Source of the DNA: Podarcis liolepis
Taxonomy: Eukaryota
NCBI GenBank assembly: GCA_965112155.1
Contig: OZ218100.1
Strand: one strand, 5' to 3'
DNA length: 64,000 nucleotides
Shown: positions 62,492-64,000 of the stretch, piece by piece
How positions within the stretch are numbered: position 1 is the first letter of the stretch
Layout: every line of letters begins with the position of its first letter
Notes under the pieces: generated by a model
What the model was told of the DNA's origin: nothing
The model's database searches: none
The model's input: only the letters and a program-made list of their open reading frames with translations
Position numbers and translations under genes: made by a program

Positions 62492-63159
62492 CAGATGATG
62501 GCTGTGGTCTCGAGTTTCATAGAGGTTTCGCTGAGCACGTGGAGCTCTGTGGGGGCAGAGACTGATGATTAACCATGTAAGTGCTAGAAAAAAATGTGCC
62601 TTGTGCACAATGATCCTAATTCTGAGGAGGCAATGATGATAAGAACGATGATAAGAATAATATAACAATGTGACATGTCAATTATGCAAACATCTGACTA
62701 TAGTTATATCCAATCCCATTGCATGGTGGTAGAAAATTTTGTATATTTAAAAAGGAGTTGCTCTAAAATGTGACAGAATAGTAAGGATGCAGGAGAATCG
62801 TATCTCATAAAGATGTGCAATACATGATAGACGCATTTCACCATTTGCTTTGATAATGTTTTCACAGTAAGAATGGACAGTAATAATAATTCCTGCATTG
62901 TAGGGGGTTGAACTAGATGACCCTTGGTTCTCTTCCAACTCTAAGATTCTATGATAATTCCATACTTCAAGTGGCATTCAAAAAATACTTACCTCAGTGT
63001 TAAGGATGCTAAGGACAGGAGTAGGGTAGCAGCAGCTGTGGGAGGCGGCATCACCTTGCCTGACTATGCTGAGGGGTTCCTACAGTATGACACTGCCTTA
63101 GAGTGATGTTTACCTGGAAAAAGAATTTTCTTAATCGTGACATTCACTCTGTGGAATGT

Positions 63160-64000
63160 TAGAATCATAGAGTTGGAAGAGACCACAAGGGCCATCGAGT
63201 CCAACCCCCTGCCAAGCAGGAAACACCATCAGAGCACTCCTGACATATGGTTGTCAAGCCTCTGCTTAAAGACCTCCAAAGGAGGAGACTCCACCACACT
63301 CCTTGGCAGCAAATTCCACTGTCGAACAGCTCTTACTGTCAGGAAGTTCTTCCTAATGTTTAGGTGGAATCTTCTTTCTTGTAGTTTGGATCCATTGCTC
63401 CGTGTCCGCTTCTCTGGAGCAGCAGAAAACAACCTTTCTCCCTCCTCTATGTGACATCCTTTTATATATTTGAACATGGCTATCATATCACCCCTTAACC
63501 TCCTTCTCCAGGCTAAACATGCCCAGCTCCCTTAGCCGTTCCTCATAAGGCATCGTTTCCAGGCCTTTGACCATTTTGGTTGCCCTCCTCTGGACACATT
63601 CCAGTTTGTCAGTGTCCTTCTTGAACTGTGGTGCCCAGAACTGGACACAGTACTCCAGGTGAGGTCTGACCAGAGCAGAATACAGTGGCAATATTACTTC
63701 CCTTGATCTAGATGCTATGCTCCTATTGATGCAGCCCAGAATTGCATTGGCTTTTTTAGCTGCCGCGTCACACTGTTGGCTCATGTCAAGTTTGTGATCA
63801 ACCAAGACTCCTAGATCCTTTTCACATGTACTGCTCTCAAGCCAGGTGTCACCCATCTTGTATTTGTGCCTCTCATTTTTTTTTGCCCAAGTGCAATACT
63901 TTACATTTCTCCCTGTTAAAATTCATCTTGTTTGTTTTGGCCCAGTTCTCTAATCTGTCAAGGTCGTTTTGAAGTGTGATCCTGTCCTCTGGGGTGTTAG
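63160..64000 (-). mobile_element. young CR1 LINE 3' portion (continues past window end), ORF2 frameshifted
   Basis: [18 protein letters not shown]...[19 protein letters not shown]...FKQRLD is the canonical CR1 ORF2 C-terminus. Confidence 0.97.

Noticed and set aside
1-64000. CRISPR arrays, operons or other prokaryotic systems
   Set aside because: Sequence is vertebrate; the regular repeats are microsatellites or MITE-internal repeats without unique spacers.

Overview
Vertebrate genomic DNA, almost certainly from a squamate reptile. Sauria SINEs plus CR1, L2, RTE and Penelope fragments and Tc1/mariner and hAT MITEs suggest a lacertid-type lizard (inference from repeat content). The window is mostly intronic or intergenic and dense in repeats. 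The one clear gene landmark is a CpG island at ~51.9-53.2 kb with outward-facing splice donors on both strands, i.e. a probable bidirectional promoter with two first exons. I cannot name either gene. No ORF in the track is a recognisable host protein; the only recognisable peptides are CR1 ORF2 C-terminal remnants. The best non-obvious signals are: (1) a fully mappable HDV-like (delta-like) ribozyme fold with an unusual hairpin inserted in L3, at the 5' end of an RTE-type fragment (5194-5351); (2) a minimal hammerhead ribozyme in a Penelope-like insertion (20445-20486); (3) a chain of frame-compatible minus-strand exon candidates and decayed coding-like tracts in the left third; (4) a recursive-splice/3-nt-microexon motif at ~8460; (5) two enhancer-like motif clusters; (6) solo LTRs and a 99.4% identical pair of CR1 copies bracketing the promoter. 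Repeat family names come from recalled consensus features, not from a database search. I see no well-supported wholly new multi-gene system.
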